A stretch of 62,939 bases of DNA, counting the filler, from Asterionella formosa (lineage: Eukaryota), in the NCBI GenBank assembly GCA_002256025.1. It is 11 parts of 11 records of this genome, joined end to end, with 100 filler letters (N's around TTAATTAATTAA, not from the genome) between each part and the next. Parts side by side here need not be neighbours in the genome. Positions count along the whole stretch, not along the records: positions 1 to 5,652 come from NKIB01012974.1; positions 5,753 to 11,402 come from NKIB01012975.1; positions 11,503 to 17,152 come from NKIB01012976.1; 8 more parts are not named here. One strand, 5' to 3'. A model generated the notes under the pieces. That model saw only the letters and a program-made list of their open reading frames with translations, had not been told where the DNA came from and did not search any database. Below are positions 1 to 12,167 of the stretch, piece by piece. Within the stretch, counting starts at the first letter, position 1; each line of letters opens with the position of its first letter. Both the position numbers and the translations under genes were made by a program.

Positions 1-530
1 TTGCGCCAATCGTTCTCATTTCATCACGTTTGCAGATCAAAAATCCGTTGTTGTTTCTGATCGTCATCTTATCATCGTCAAACATAACTTTATTTCCCTT
101 GTCAATAATTCTCGAAATGCTGATGAAGTTCTGCTTGATCTCCGGTGCATAGAGCACATTGGTGAGTCTCAACACTTTTCCTTTTTCTGTCGTCATATAG
201 ATCACTGTGCCTGATATGGTTGCAACAATTGCTGCGCCGTTTCCCACAAGTACTGTTTCACGCACTGCGCACTTGTCCTCCATGATTTGCTCATCATTGT
301 AGCCATATATGTATCATAGTGTCACCATTATCTAGTAGCCAACGGTCCTTATGCACATATGATTTACCTCTTCATTGTACCTTGCCTCAATACACGTCAC
401 CTCGAACATTCCTTGCGTAGTAGTGGTAGTGGTGTCTTCTCCCTTCTGTTTGATTGGGGCATTTTGTTGATTGTTGCACTCACTGGCACAGTGCCCCATC
501 TTCTGACAATTATAACACTTCACTTTCTCT
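1..530 (-). pseudogene. Ty1/copia gag-pol fragment (zinc knuckle plus region after the protease)
   Basis: CCHC knuckle CYNCQKMGHCASEC (332-523). Further down the minus strand: VLVGNGAAIVATISGTV...LTNVLYAPEIKQNFISIS, typical of copia pol after the protease. Frame is interrupted. Confidence 0.8.
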
Positions 531-569
531 TATTTCGTTGCTCGGGAGTAAATTCTCTCTTTTCTGTAG

Positions 570-1002
570 TATTGCTATTGATGTGGAAGCAGCATTCCTA
601 AATGCTGACGTCGATGAGGACATTTATATTGAGCCCCCTCAAGGTTTGATCAGAGTCGATCCCGATACACATGTTTGCAAGCTTGTGAAGGCTATGTACG
701 GGATAGTACAAGCTCCACGATGCTGGTCCAAGACGTTTGCGAAATGTGTCACCAATAAACCAGGTATGACGAAGAGCAAGGAACAAGGATGGAAAAATTG
801 ATGGTCTACTTGTTAATTACGTGGATGACGGTATTATATGTGGGACACCAAGTGCAGTGGAGTATATGAAAAACTTTATCATGGAAGATAATATTGCGGA
901 CATTATGACTAAGAACGTGAAGGAACAGATTCACACGACATTGTCAGAACCAGTTCAGAGTGGAAAGATGTTACAGCCTCTTGAGCATGGCAATGGGGAG
1001 GA
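570..1002 (+). pseudogene. Internally deleted Ty1/copia RT/RNase H remnant
   Basis: IDVEAAFLNADVDEDIYIEPPQG..KLVKAMYGIVQAPRCW, then YVDDG, joined almost directly to the RNase H C-terminal motif NIADIMTK. Followed by purine tract GGGGAGGA (995-1002). Confidence 0.85.
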
Positions 1003-1273
1003 TGTCAAGAATAATAGCCCAAGTCACAAGGATTGTGGACTCGATTGTAATCGAACGAGTCGAATATTGTATTGCCAAGTCAATCAGCTGTCTAACAAGA
1101 TCAAAGATTGAAGATTTCTATGGAAATGTTAAGTGCTGGAAACTCGAAGAGAGTCTTAGAAGGACTTTGCGGGAAGCAAAGATGCATGGAAAGGAAACAT
1201 TTAGATAGTTTAGCTTATAATTTTATTTGAGTTTAGATTCTTATCAACCGAGGAAACAGTGTGTTAATTGACA
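1003..1273 (+). mobile_element. Candidate 3' LTR of the copia remnant
   Basis: Begins TGTCAA immediately after the polypurine tract; TTGACA at 1268-1273 is the inverted terminus. Right boundary is uncertain. Confidence 0.55.
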
Positions 1274-1993
1274 GGAAGGTAAATTAGTCTATCTAGCAGG
1301 AAGGCTAGAAGCAGAGACAAGAGAGAAAGTAAGTGGTACTAGGTAGTACTACGAGCAAGTAAGAGTCAACGTGAAGAAAGACCCAGCCCATGGGAAGGAG
1401 TATGGACCATTTTAACATGAGAATACATGTAGCGACGCAGGAACTTACAATTTACGCTAAGTGACCTTCAAGTAAAAAAGCCTGGTTGATCTTGAATCGA
1501 TCACATACATTAGTTGAATACATGAAATAGCGTACTTGAATATATTAACTATAGTATCTGAATACATCGTGTTAATTATTAGATCAGAGTATCATGCATG
1601 CATTCTTAATCATACGTACTATATTACGCGATCATCTTCACAAAATTACATGAAATACTTCACGTAATTCTGTAATATTGTTCAAGGAATTTAGCAAGCA
1701 AAATTTAAAACACCCGTTGACACAATCACGATGATACCATATGCCGGGCGGACAGCGAGAAACTATTTACCAAATAATATTCTACTATTGTGTGCTCTAT
1801 AAATTTATTACCTGCCCTGTTAGAAATACTTACTGCTGGTAGAAGTTGGCAGCCTCCCATAAATCAATTCACTCATGTTTGGCCACATACGTACATATGG
1901 GTCATACGTGTCATCTCCATACTACTTTTCCTGTTCACCATTGAATGATGATACCAGAAGCATGCTTCAATATTCCTCTGCTAGAATTTATCA

Positions 1994-2190
1994 ATTCTAT
2001 TCACGTAATTCATTCATTTAGTTCACGTAATGTATTGATTCTAATCACGTAATTCATTAATTAAGTTAACGTAAGGTATTAGCATTCTATTCACGGAATT
2101 CATTAATTTAGTTCACGTAACATATTAATTCTGTTGACGTAATTCATAGATTTAGTTCACATTATGTATTTGTTATGTTCACGTAGTGTA
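1994..2190. repeat. Degenerate ~21-22 bp tandem repeat with (T)TCACGTAA core
   Basis: About nine units such as attcacgtaattcattcatttag / ttcacgtaatgtattgattct, alternating into a ~43-44 bp higher-order unit. Confidence 0.8.
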
Positions 2191-2193
2191 TCA

Positions 2194-2303
2194 GAAGGCG
2201 TTCAACAATTTATCTGGAGGTCGTTCAACTATTCATCTGAAAGTCAAGAAATATTTTACTTGAAGGTTGTTCAACTATTTTTCTGTAGGTCAATCAACTA
2301 ATT
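2194..2303. repeat. Second degenerate ~22-23 bp tandem repeat (GAAGGTYGTTCAACTATT core)
   Basis: gaaggcgttcaacaatttatct, ggaggtcgttcaactattcatct, gaaggttgttcaactatttt, gtaggtcaatcaactaattt. Confidence 0.7.
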
Positions 2304-3742
2304 TAAAGAGTTCTATCAACGCACGAAAGGCAGCTGTTCATTCAGAATGGCGTGGTCACCCCTGAAACGGGATTATTTCTGCTACTAATAGATAGTAATG
2401 CTAAAAGTTCGAGCCGCCATCATGAAGGAACCTCAATGTGATCTATGGATTGAAATAATGGTCCCTGAATGATTTCGCTTCTAGTAGCGCCAACCAGATG
2501 GATCTCAACGTACCCTCCTGGAACTCCGTGAAGACGTTCTACTGGAATTTTATGACTTGCAGGGATATCCCAACAACATCGATTCATATGTGATCGATGC
2601 AGTCGTCGTGAGACAACATGGTGCCCATGGCAGAAGATGTACAATGGTATGACGGGACGCCGAAAATCGTGGAGAATCAGCCACTCAAATGTGTTGAAAT
2701 TCTTGATATCTATGTCATCACAATCGACACAGCCTGCCTTTCTTGGCAAATCAGCAGCTTTCCGCAACGAGAAGTGTCCATATGGTGAACGCAATGTGAC
2801 TTGAATGGACCTTTGGCATATATGTGGCAAACAATAACATCCTCGTCAGCAGACATCATTCCCATGTTGATTTTGAGGAATAATAATTGCGTTGTGCACA
2901 CCAGCAACTGTAAATATATTCGATTGCCTACAGTTACCTACCGATAGTAACCTACAAGTAGCTAGCTATAGTCCAATATATTGTACATGGTGAACTTATA
3001 AAGTAATTACTTGTAACATCAAAAAATTCCATCTTGAATTCAATGTATGAATGCGAAGAATTAGATAATAACTGGGAAGAGTGAGCTTGTTTACCTGAAG
3101 AGCGTATGTTCTTTATGTGATGTGCACAACCGTGAAACTTCGATATTTCAAGGCATGAAATTAGATGCAACAGATATTGTTTCTCCTATTTTGTAAATGA
3201 AGGAGCTTGTTGTAAGCAACATAGAGCCTTATTGTTATAAGATTATAGAGGAGTTTTTCTGGTATAAAAGTACAAGATGAATGACTGTGAACAATCAGTA
3301 GATTTGGTTGTGCATTGACTTCTATTGAAGATTCACTGCAAGTAAACAATGTGTTCATACTTGGATTTCAAGGAACAGGAATTGGTGCAGTTTATGTGAA
3401 AATTGCTCTTCTGTTCTGCACCTAACTTGCTAGCTCCTTGTTCGTCCCAGATTCTGAACCATAACATGCAACTTCAGCCTTCTAGAAATACCACTACACA
3501 ATTCAAGTATTTCAAAATACTTAATCCTAAAGGAAATAAGCACTACTACTTTAAGTTGGTATAGCGGTTATGATTTTTCTATTATTTTCTTTCACTTTTT
3601 AAGGCTACCGGCCTATTTGCTCAGCGATATTATGTTTTCATGTGTCGTTGGTGTTGCCATCTTGGCAATTACACTAATGGAACTAGTTATGATTTGAGAG
3701 TTTTGGAGCACCCTGAACATACAATGGCAGTACCATGGGGTT

Positions 3743-4501
3743 TTATGGTTGTAATTCGTTCGATTCAGAATATACTATAATCTCGTTGCCAAGGAATGCA
3801 TAATCAAACTCCAGCTGTCTGGCACGTCGGTCCTCTCTGCGCCCCTTGCTACTCGTACCTTTTTTGTTGTAGTCCTTTTGTGTTTTCATATTCTTTGGCT
3901 TTAAAGTGTCACGAGTTGACGCCAGCGGTGTCCCTTTCCATGCTGCTTGGCCTGTTAGGGAGTACGCAGATTTGGAAAGAAGCGCAGAAAGGAGTCCAGT
4001 CAAGTCCGTTGTATTGCTGCAAATTGTTCGATCAGCTCGCATCTCTGTTTTCGACCTCTGCTGGGCTTCGATAAAGTCAGAGAGCGCTTGAGAATCATTC
4101 CGTTCTTGAAATACAACTCCTAGTGACGGCATATCGTGCTGATGATACCCTTTGTCTGGTAAATAGGAAGGTGACAATAGTTCTGATAGTAATCCTGACA
4201 AGTTAGAGGAAACTGTCACTATTGACTTGTTGTCACGCTCAATGTCAATGGGCTCGTGATTGCGTGATTTCGATTGTCCTGGAACAGATGTCAATGTTAT
4301 TGGCTTTCCATGACGGTTTGGAAACGTTCTGCTTCCAGTCTCGTGACGGTTATCGAGAATACAGGCAGTTTCGGAGCCTTTCTCGTCGGTAATCGTAGTC
4401 CTCATGCCTCTCTTTGCTTCACTTGAGTGGTCGCATGCGGACAAGAAACGACAAGGAGGGCCAACGTTAAAATATTTTCCCGTAGTAATTAATGTGTACA
4501 A
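3743..4501 (-). CDS. Hypothetical protein (252-aa ORF, true start uncertain)
   Basis: Long stop-free ORF in AT-rich surroundings with an internal repeat (LSGLLSELLS / LTGLLSALLS). No recognisable domain. Confidence 0.4.
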   Translation of the reverse strand: MYTLITTGKYFNVGPPCRFLSACDHSSEAKRGMRTTITDEKGSETACILDNRHETGSRTFPNRHGKPITLTSVPGQSKSRNHEPIDIERDNKSIVTVSSNLSGLLSELLSPSYLPDKGYHQHDMPSLGVVFQERNDSQALSDFIEAQQRSKTEMRADRTICSNTTDLTGLLSALLSKSAYSLTGQAAWKGTPLASTRDTLKPKNMKTQKDYNKKGTSSKGRREDRRARQLEFDYAFLGNEIIVYSESNELQP

Positions 4502-5072
4502 ATATTTTTGTGTTCAATGACCCATGAAACAAGAATAAAATAAAAAAACCCGATATAAATATTTTTTGGAGAGCACAAGGCAGGTTATATACCGGCATTG
4601 AAGTTATATTACACATCAGTTGCCGTCATTTTGCTGATTCACGTTAGCGGCTGACGGGCAGACACAGGAATTCAAAAAGAAATAAGCTCGAGCGTTAACG
4701 GTTAAATCAAAAACGCTTGGCGCAGACCCGTGAAATCGATGTTCGCCAAGAAATCAATTTGAGCGATATGTTTCGGTCCAAAATAAGTCATTTAGAAGAA
4801 TATTAGTGTAACACAGTTTAATGAATCAGAATTTAGGGTAAGAAATGTACAATTATTGTTTTAGGCAGATACAAATCGTTTCGGACATCAGTGAAATTGT
4901 TTCAGACGATTTCTTGTCAGACGATTCTCGCTCTTTGTAACTTTAAAAAGTATATGTGTATACCGTTGTGGTAAAGGAGTTGCTCGGATGCATCATCATC
5001 GAGGAGAAACCAAGGAACCCTGGTGGGCCTTGTCCATAATTATCTAGCAATTCTTTTCTATGTACCGGATTA

Positions 5073-5652
5073 AGGTTGCGGCCCCGGCTTAACCCTAGTT
5101 TGGAGAAAACGTCGCTAGGGTTGTAAAAACAGTACGGAACAAAGACGCTAGGGTTGTAAAAACAGTACGGAACAAAGAATTTGCTTTCCCATGATTCAAG
5201 TTTCCGTTGGAATATTCAATTCAATAGCAGGAATCAGCGCCAGATTGATAGAGTTCCATTTTAAACAAACAAAAATGGTATTTAAACATTAATACTATAT
5301 CTACGTTCCTGTTTGTAGACATGATTTTACTCCACGCCAAAACAAATGCATAAATCAGGAGTATGCCAACATGTATGCTCATGGTTAATGTTTATCCATT
5401 TACATTCAAACCAAACGTTGCTGGATGTAGCTTTAATATTACTCTGTGCCCAAAGGAATACTGTATATAAAATCAGTACCGGAGTACCGGTGTACCAAGA
5501 CTAGTACATAATCTTGTTTCATGATGATGGAAGACAGGATGAAACTAGTACTGGTACTGATTTTTCCCATTGGTATACAGTACATCTAAAACATGTGGTT
5601 CAAGTGTGGCTGGCGTGATTTGACAAGACGGAATACTTCAGCCAATCTGGAG
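5073..5652 (-). mobile_element. Harbinger-like MITE copy, truncated by contig end
   Basis: Starts TTA|AGGTTGCGGCCCCGG and is a diverged reverse complement of ~58048-58658. Contains a ~32-bp tandem duplication near 5113-5178. Confidence 0.8.
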
Positions 5653-5752
5653 NNNNNNNNNNNNNNNNNNNNNNNNNNNNNNNNNNNNNNNNNNNNTTAA
5701 TTAATTAANNNNNNNNNNNNNNNNNNNNNNNNNNNNNNNNNNNNNNNNNNNN
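5653..5752. other. Artificial scaffold spacer N/TTAATTAATTAA/N. Also at 11403-11502, 17153-17252, 22892-22991, 28621-28720, 34350-34449, 40077-40176, 45799-45898, 51520-51619, 57230-57329
   Basis: Identical 100-bp spacers with stop codons in all six frames; the segments between them never increase in length. Confidence 0.97.
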
Positions 5753-6048
5753 TGTTGATTAAGAAGTTCAGAAAGGAATTGGCCTTGAATAGCAAGTTGA
5801 GCCGCACCCCTCAGGAAATCGAAAATGAGCTTCCTCCCCAATTCTGGGAGTACAAGAAGAGCCAATGGTATTTTAAATTTACATTTAAAAAATTCGCAGG
5901 ACCCACAGTTGACATGCGATGTGGAGAGGTTTTTGGCGATGCAAGCAACATTCCACTATCTCGAACAGATTGAAAGCATGGAGATCAGAATCTTCTCCAG
6001 AAGAAGTTTAAAAATGAATCTAAGAGAATCAAGCATAAACATACATTG

Positions 6049-9006
6049 AGTAAACAAAGCATGTGGGCAAAAAAGTCGAGTTCTCTCATTATTGAGTTTT
6101 GGTACATTCTATGATTTAACCCTAACCCTATATGCATCTTTATTGATGCGCGGGATCGCTCACTCTCCCACACTGTGGGAAAACCTTTTACCTATGAAAA
6201 GGTTTGATTCGACAAAATTTTAATTTGCTCCGTAAAAGGCATAGTTTGTCAAAAGTGATTTTGCTATTGGCATGCATGTACTTTATTGACGATATTAGGA
6301 CCTCGTCCATGATCATTCAAAGTAATAGGATTATCCAAAAGGATTAAGATCTTGTCACCCATCACTTTGTAATCACAAGACCGACAATGGAAATTAGCAC
6401 AACGTAGACTTTTGTCAATTATCACTTGTCAACAGCTAGTGATATATTAATTAATCAAGGGAATATGGAAAAACCCATGTTCTTGGTGAAATACTCAATG
6501 AAATATGAATAGTAGCTCGAGCAGCATTTGATGTAGCTGCAAAACATGCATCCACAATGTTTTGAGCTTAAAATTCATTAATAGGAGGATGATCCTTAAA
6601 AACAACCCGTAGACTATTACTGATAGATTAACAAAAATGTTCACAGATAGGATTAGCTTGTGCATGATTCTTGTCTGTAGTTGTTACATCTTAAATTCCA
6701 TTCAACACTAACATGTGAAGAAATGGAATACAAGTAAATTCACCTCCACTATCATTTATAAAACGTTCTGGATGGGGATACTGCTGGTCCAACAAATCAT
6801 TTTGAAATTATAGTGCAATGAAATATTCTGATGTTTTATTGTTGATGCGTGAAATTTCTGCCAAATTGGCAACTGTATCAACACAAGTTAGAGCACGAAA
6901 TTCAACCCCTTGTACAGCCGATGTTCCTCCACCGTAAAACACATTGAGTGTGTAATTTATTATACATAAGATTACGATGATCAGTTTGAACAAGTAGAAC
7001 CGCACCCAATAGCATAGAGCGAAATTCTTTGAAAGTTTCTACGCCAGAAAATAACGGTGCTTTGTCAATTGTAGTGTCATTTTTCTTGGCAGCGAATAAT
7101 TTGCGAGAATAAGGAGCAACCGAGAGATCGGTTTGCATAATGAGTGACCCTAATTGATAATCAGAAGCATCAGGAAAAATACGCAAAGGAAATTTATGAT
7201 CAGGATAACGCATGAGTGTATCTGTTAACAATGCTTTCATTGCTTCAAAAGCTTGTTGATGTATAGGTAGCCAGACGAATTAAACAGTTTCAATTAAATC
7301 CCTTTTTAATCCTAAATACCACCAAGGTTTGAGGCCAGTTGAAGTTTATTGATATCCCAGCCAATGAGTCAGTTTCTTCAACAAATCATTTCATTTGGAA
7401 TTGTACTTCTTATTGGATAAAATAAATTTGTTTCAGCCACAACAGCAGCTTTCTGTACTATCCACATAATTAGCAGCTTGAATGTATTATAAAAATAGCA
7501 TCACTATTGTCACACATACTGCTGTTAAGTCGTTCTGTTCCGCACTCTGCTGGTTTTAGGCACAAAAGGCCACTAACTCACCAAAAGGAGAGTTTGTGAA
7601 ACACTGAAATTTCCTGGGCAGATTCATAAAAGTCGGCAGGTATGATAGCCCTTGGCATAGTACCCTAGCCATGCATCGTCATAGGTTTGACCTATGGACT
7701 TGTAGAAAGCATGCAAGCAAGTCAGCAGTATCATTATGATAAATCGCTTTGCATAGAATTGCCATGCAAGAGGAACAGAAACAGGGTTAGTAGTGTTAGT
7801 AATGTTAACTTGACAGGCCTTACTAGTAGTATGTTTGACTGTTGTTTTACTATCCCATTTGTGCATGACCAGCTGCATTAAAATTATATGTTCCCAGCCA
7901 ATACCACATAGTGTAAAATTATCGCATACAAATTGACATGCTTGTTTTATTGATGCATCACATGACTGCATTCAGCAATGAGAAGTCACGCTTGGTTTCC
8001 TCAGGCATTGTTAGATGATTGCCTTCAACTTCAACTAGCTATATAAAGACAATTATGTGTAAGAAAATTGATACCAGTCATGCGCATTCTCTTGACATCA
8101 GCGATGAGAAGACAATGTTGTGTTATGGTAGCACTCATGAATGAGAATGTGCTTGAGATGATCTTCGAATGATTGTGGACTCTTGAAGGAAGTCAAAACC
8201 AAGCAAATCATTTGTCTTATGTTCTTCTCATTATTCCATACAAACTCTTGCTGCCACACATCGGGAATAAATTAAATGGCAATAAACCTCCAATATTCCT
8301 TGGGCAAGACCTCCTGATCTTCTGGATGAGTCATCATGAGTTTGAGGAGCTTGCTTATTTAAGGTCTTGAGACAGGCAACAAAGTTCATCGTCACCAGCA
8401 TGATGAAATGTTTTATCGATTATTATCATATCATCCACTGATACTGACTCTCAAAGATTCCATTAGGAATATAGTCCTTCGGCCACATCACCATGATAAA
8501 TTTTTGTTGAGACTGTCAAGAGACTGAGCATCTGGGGGGTGTATTGCAGGCCAATGCTCATCCAGTCAGACAAGGCAATAATATCTGTGAGGCATCTTGT
8601 AGCAGTGGGAGAACAAACAAAATATCTGCTGGACTGAAGGTACATGTGTTAGCCATATCACAGGATGTACTGAAATCAATCAACAAGCTTCCTCTGAGTG
8701 TCCATTGATCATATCTTGGTTGAAAGGCTCCAAAAATCGACATCAACATTATTGATTCTAATTGGACTCTTTTTGAATTTAAAGTGAATTACAGTATATA
8801 ACTAGAAGTAGTAGTATTTGTCGAATATATGAGTTTCTTATTGAATCTTGATATGCAACTCATTCTCTACGTTGACTCCAAGTTTACGATAGGTGGCGTT
8901 AGCCGAGTTCTCGCATTATTGGCTGAGTTCTGAAACTGGTATACCGGTATATATATGATATAACCCTAGCCCTATCTACATCTGTTGTGATGCGCAGGAC
9001 AGCTCA
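6049..9006 (-). mobile_element. Decayed, internally deleted Ty3/gypsy LTR retrotransposon
   Basis: RNase H: FPDASDYQLGSLIMQ..YSRKL..ETFKEFRSMLLG..TDHRNL (6902-7240). Integrase downstream: EFRALTCVDTVANLAE..DSGGEF..QANPICE..RIKPF (gypsy domain order). PPT GTGTGGGAGAG at 6163-6173. Diverged LTR pair at ~6049-6162 and ~8881-9006. Confidence 0.85.
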
Positions 9007-10079
9007 CCAGGAACCAGAATACAACTATGATGCAGTACATTTTCACCAACCTTTGGTCATGACACATGTATACTTGCAGTAAATATTGAACTGTGTATGA
9101 GCGATGCAAATAATTAAGGCACTCGGACATAAACCGTTCTGAAAATTGGGGAAAATGATAAGTATTCATTCATTTAGACATCAACCATTGTTCACACATG
9201 TATGACTCAGTGGAATGCCTGTATCTCGATGGGCACAGCACAGCATAATGCCAAAAAATTAATCATGACCCCCAATACGTATCTCCTTTGTTTGAATGTC
9301 ATTTCAGCATCAGGAAATTTGTGATATGCGCGAACTGAAAAGCTTTTATCTCTTTTGCAAAACATCTAACGGTAAATAATGACCCCGGATGCAATTATTC
9401 TTTCTCAGACTGTCATTTCTGCATGAGCAATTTAGTATCAATGGTACCAAAAAATCAAGCCGCTTATATCTTTCATCCGTAAATTTATACTCATCCATTC
9501 TTGAATGTCAACATCACTATTTCTACACAATGCCAGTTGACAGAATATCGATCCATTTATGCCCATTGTGCCTCCAGTCAGTAATGACGCAAAAAACTAT
9601 GCGTGATTGAAACGGCATGAGCATATAATTAGCATCTGTTAGCTACGATCGAGCAGTACCGCTTTTTTCGTTTTTCCTGAGCGAATGGATGCATGCATAT
9701 CTATTCTTGAATACCGGCATCAATATTGATACCGGTATTTCCTCTCAATTCAGGTATCAATGTCACTTAAGAATGTATCTTTACATTTATGCCTGTAATG
9801 CCCCCCCAGTCCGCTATTATGCAAAACTCGGCTGTAATAATGTAATTAAATACCGCTTTGTATTCCTCAAAGATATAAAGGTCGTTGAAATGACCGAACT
9901 GGAACTTGACTTTTTCATGGCACAAAGATGGTGCATACTGGTACATATAGACAGGACAAAATTGAAAATTGGCCGGCCCGGTATTTTTATAAGCACAAGG
10001 TTGTGATTGACACCTTGTGCCATTATCCATGTTCCCATAAAAGCAACAGTAAAACGAACAACCACAAATCTCATGAACA

Positions 10080-10508
10080 ATGATTTCCTCAACAGTTTGC
10101 CCTACTGCTACTTCGACCCCTTCCGACGAGTCTCTTGTCCCTGAGCAACTTTTATCCCGTCTAGTCGACTCTCTCGAAGCCATGGAGGCCGTGCATAATC
10201 TGACCAGAGATGTGGGCACCTTTGTTCTCAAACATCGCGTCGACGCGAGCCGAAAGAGGTCGCAATCAGGTGATCTCATGCCACAGACACTCAAAAGAAA
10301 AAGAGCAGCGGAGGAAGCCTTTGGATCGTCTGAACCAGTGGCTCGATCATCAGAAACGTCCGTGAAGCGCATGCTTCTCGTTTACCAACATCTACAAAAG
10401 ACACATGCGCTATTTCAAATTGAAATCGCGAAGTTCATTGACGAGACCGAGGACACCTGCTTACTAGCGGAGGAATCACAAGACGTTTCTTCCATTTCCG
10501 CTGAGTAG
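10080..10508 (+). CDS. Hypothetical protein (142 aa, helical, basic KRKR patch)
   Basis: ATG-started ORF with higher GC than its flanks and protein-like composition. No recognised domain. Confidence 0.5.
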   Translation: MISSTVCPTATSTPSDESLVPEQLLSRLVDSLEAMEAVHNLTRDVGTFVLKHRVDASRKRSQSGDLMPQTLKRKRAAEEAFGSSEPVARSSETSVKRMLLVYQHLQKTHALFQIEIAKFIDETEDTCLLAEESQDVSSISAE

Positions 10509-10913
10509 ATTAAATGAGGTGGCATCAGCTCCATCAACAAGTGAAGCCACACCGCACTGCGCACATATTCAGGTAATACCCCTTTGGTCGTTGCTTCCTT
10601 TCTTGGCAGGTCATGACATCAAAGCCATTCTATTTATAATAAATATATTTCTCAACACGCGACTGGACATGACGATAGTAAACAATCTGCCTTGTATCTC
10701 AGTTCGTGAACTCGTTTTCACTTCGTGCAAGGCTGACGTGTTCTTTAGCGAATTCGCCGTTCACATTTATACTTAGGAATTTCCCACTACCAGTACCGGT
10801 ACATCAAGAGAAAGTTGTGTCCTCGTTTTTCCATTAGTAGGTCAGGGTTGTACTGGCTTCTACTTGGCTTGCCCCTACCGGCATGTATGTTGAGGAAGAT
10901 GCATCGTAAGAGT

Positions 10914-11080
10914 TGTTAATATCTGCATATGATGCTCCATACATGCGCCGTACGAACCATACCGGCGCAGCCACCAGATTAGGTACATGCATGAGTGCTA
11001 ACAACGATGTACTCGAAACAGCAATAGAATAGTCATAATATTGTAGTTTACCTTTATTCATGACAAGGTTCCCCTCAACA
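10914..11080 (+). mobile_element. 5' LTR (167 bp) of a CoDi-like Ty1/copia element
   Basis: TGTT...AACA termini; 7 differences from the 167-bp LTR at 13476-13642; followed by a leader and gag start. Confidence 0.9.
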
Positions 11081-11227
11081 GAACTACAATATCTGTTCTC
11101 TCTCTCTTGTCCGCACCTGTGACGTTGCGGCTCTTGTCCACAGTGCAAACCAGCAGTGGTCTCAACAATCAACCGTCCAGCACGGCTTGCCCATTTGCTG
11201 CCCCTGTCTCTCAGGCCTTCTTCCACC

Positions 11228-11402
11228 ATGATGACTCCAATCGCTTCCGCTGTTTTCCCATTCCCTCATCCGCTTTTGACGCCGATCGAGGGCAAACCTA
11301 CAGCCTTCACTGTAACCCGCCTTCGCAAGGAACTCTTTGCCAACGCTCGCTCTGTCCACTGTACCAGTGGTGGTGGTGCCAATGGTTTCCTTGGTATTGT
11401 CA
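11228..11402 (+). CDS. Copia gag N-terminus, truncated by contig end
   Basis: MMTPIASAVFPFPHPLLTPIEGKPTAFTVTRLRKELFANARSVHCTSGGGANGFLGIV, just downstream of the LTR; resembles diatom copia gag starts. Confidence 0.75.
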
Positions 11403-11502
11403 NNNNNNNNNNNNNNNNNNNNNNNNNNNNNNNNNNNNNNNNNNNNTTAATTAATTAANNNNNNNNNNNNNNNNNNNNNNNNNNNNNNNNNNNNNNNNNN
11501 NN

Positions 11503-12167
11503 GGTCGGATCGACCTCCCTCTGGAACTTGAAAACCATGAGGTATCTTCATGTACAATACGCACTTGGCGTCTGCCTGAGGTTACGCCAATGGAAAGTCG
11601 ATCTGACGGGTGCTCCATTCGTGCATCAATGATAGCGTCAAAAAGAAACATATAGGTGGCCATGAGAGAGTGGCCGCATAAGTCTCCCAATAATTTATAC
11701 CATATTCCTGCTTGCCACCATGCAAGTTAAGTTGTGCTGCCTTCCACTTGTACACCTCCCTAGTAGCATTATGACATTTTCTTTTCATAGCCCACACAAA
11801 AGGCAATATTTTCATACCCAGAGGGACCTCTGTCTTTGGTACGACCCGCCAATGTCCATTGTTGTGGTGTGCCATAACCTCATTCTCCATAGCCGCAATG
11901 AATTCCTTGTGGTCCGGCTCCCTTAAAGCTTGATCGGCTTGCATAGTGTCTGGGTCTGATGTTTTTGCAGCAAACGCGCAATAGGGTCCTCCATTTGAAC
12001 TTGCAATTGATATTCCTCATCCCCGACATGATCTTCTAGTAAGGAGGAACTGTACAAAGCCCCTGCTGAACACCCTCCTGTAGTCTCAGAGACGGCTTGA
12101 ACCGTTGGGACCAGCAAATCCCAATACCTAGTGTTGGATTGGCAACCTTGAGCTCCACAGGGGGATT
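11503..12167 (-). pseudogene. Ty1/copia integrase-RT linker and RT N-terminus
   Basis: EPDHKEFIAAMENEVMAH..WRVVP..VWAMKRK..VYKWKA..HGGKQEYGINYWETYA..TRQIDF, with frameshifts. Confidence 0.88.

Noticed and set aside
1994..2303. CRISPR array
   Set aside because: Contiguous degenerate tandem units without unique spacers.
2420..2830. 136-aa minus-strand ORF
   Set aside because: No recognisable domain or clear gene structure; may be a decayed fragment but is unsupported.
6118..6131. Telomeric repeat (AACCCTAACCCTA)
   Set aside because: Only two units, inside a gypsy LTR; the other LTR has a variant.
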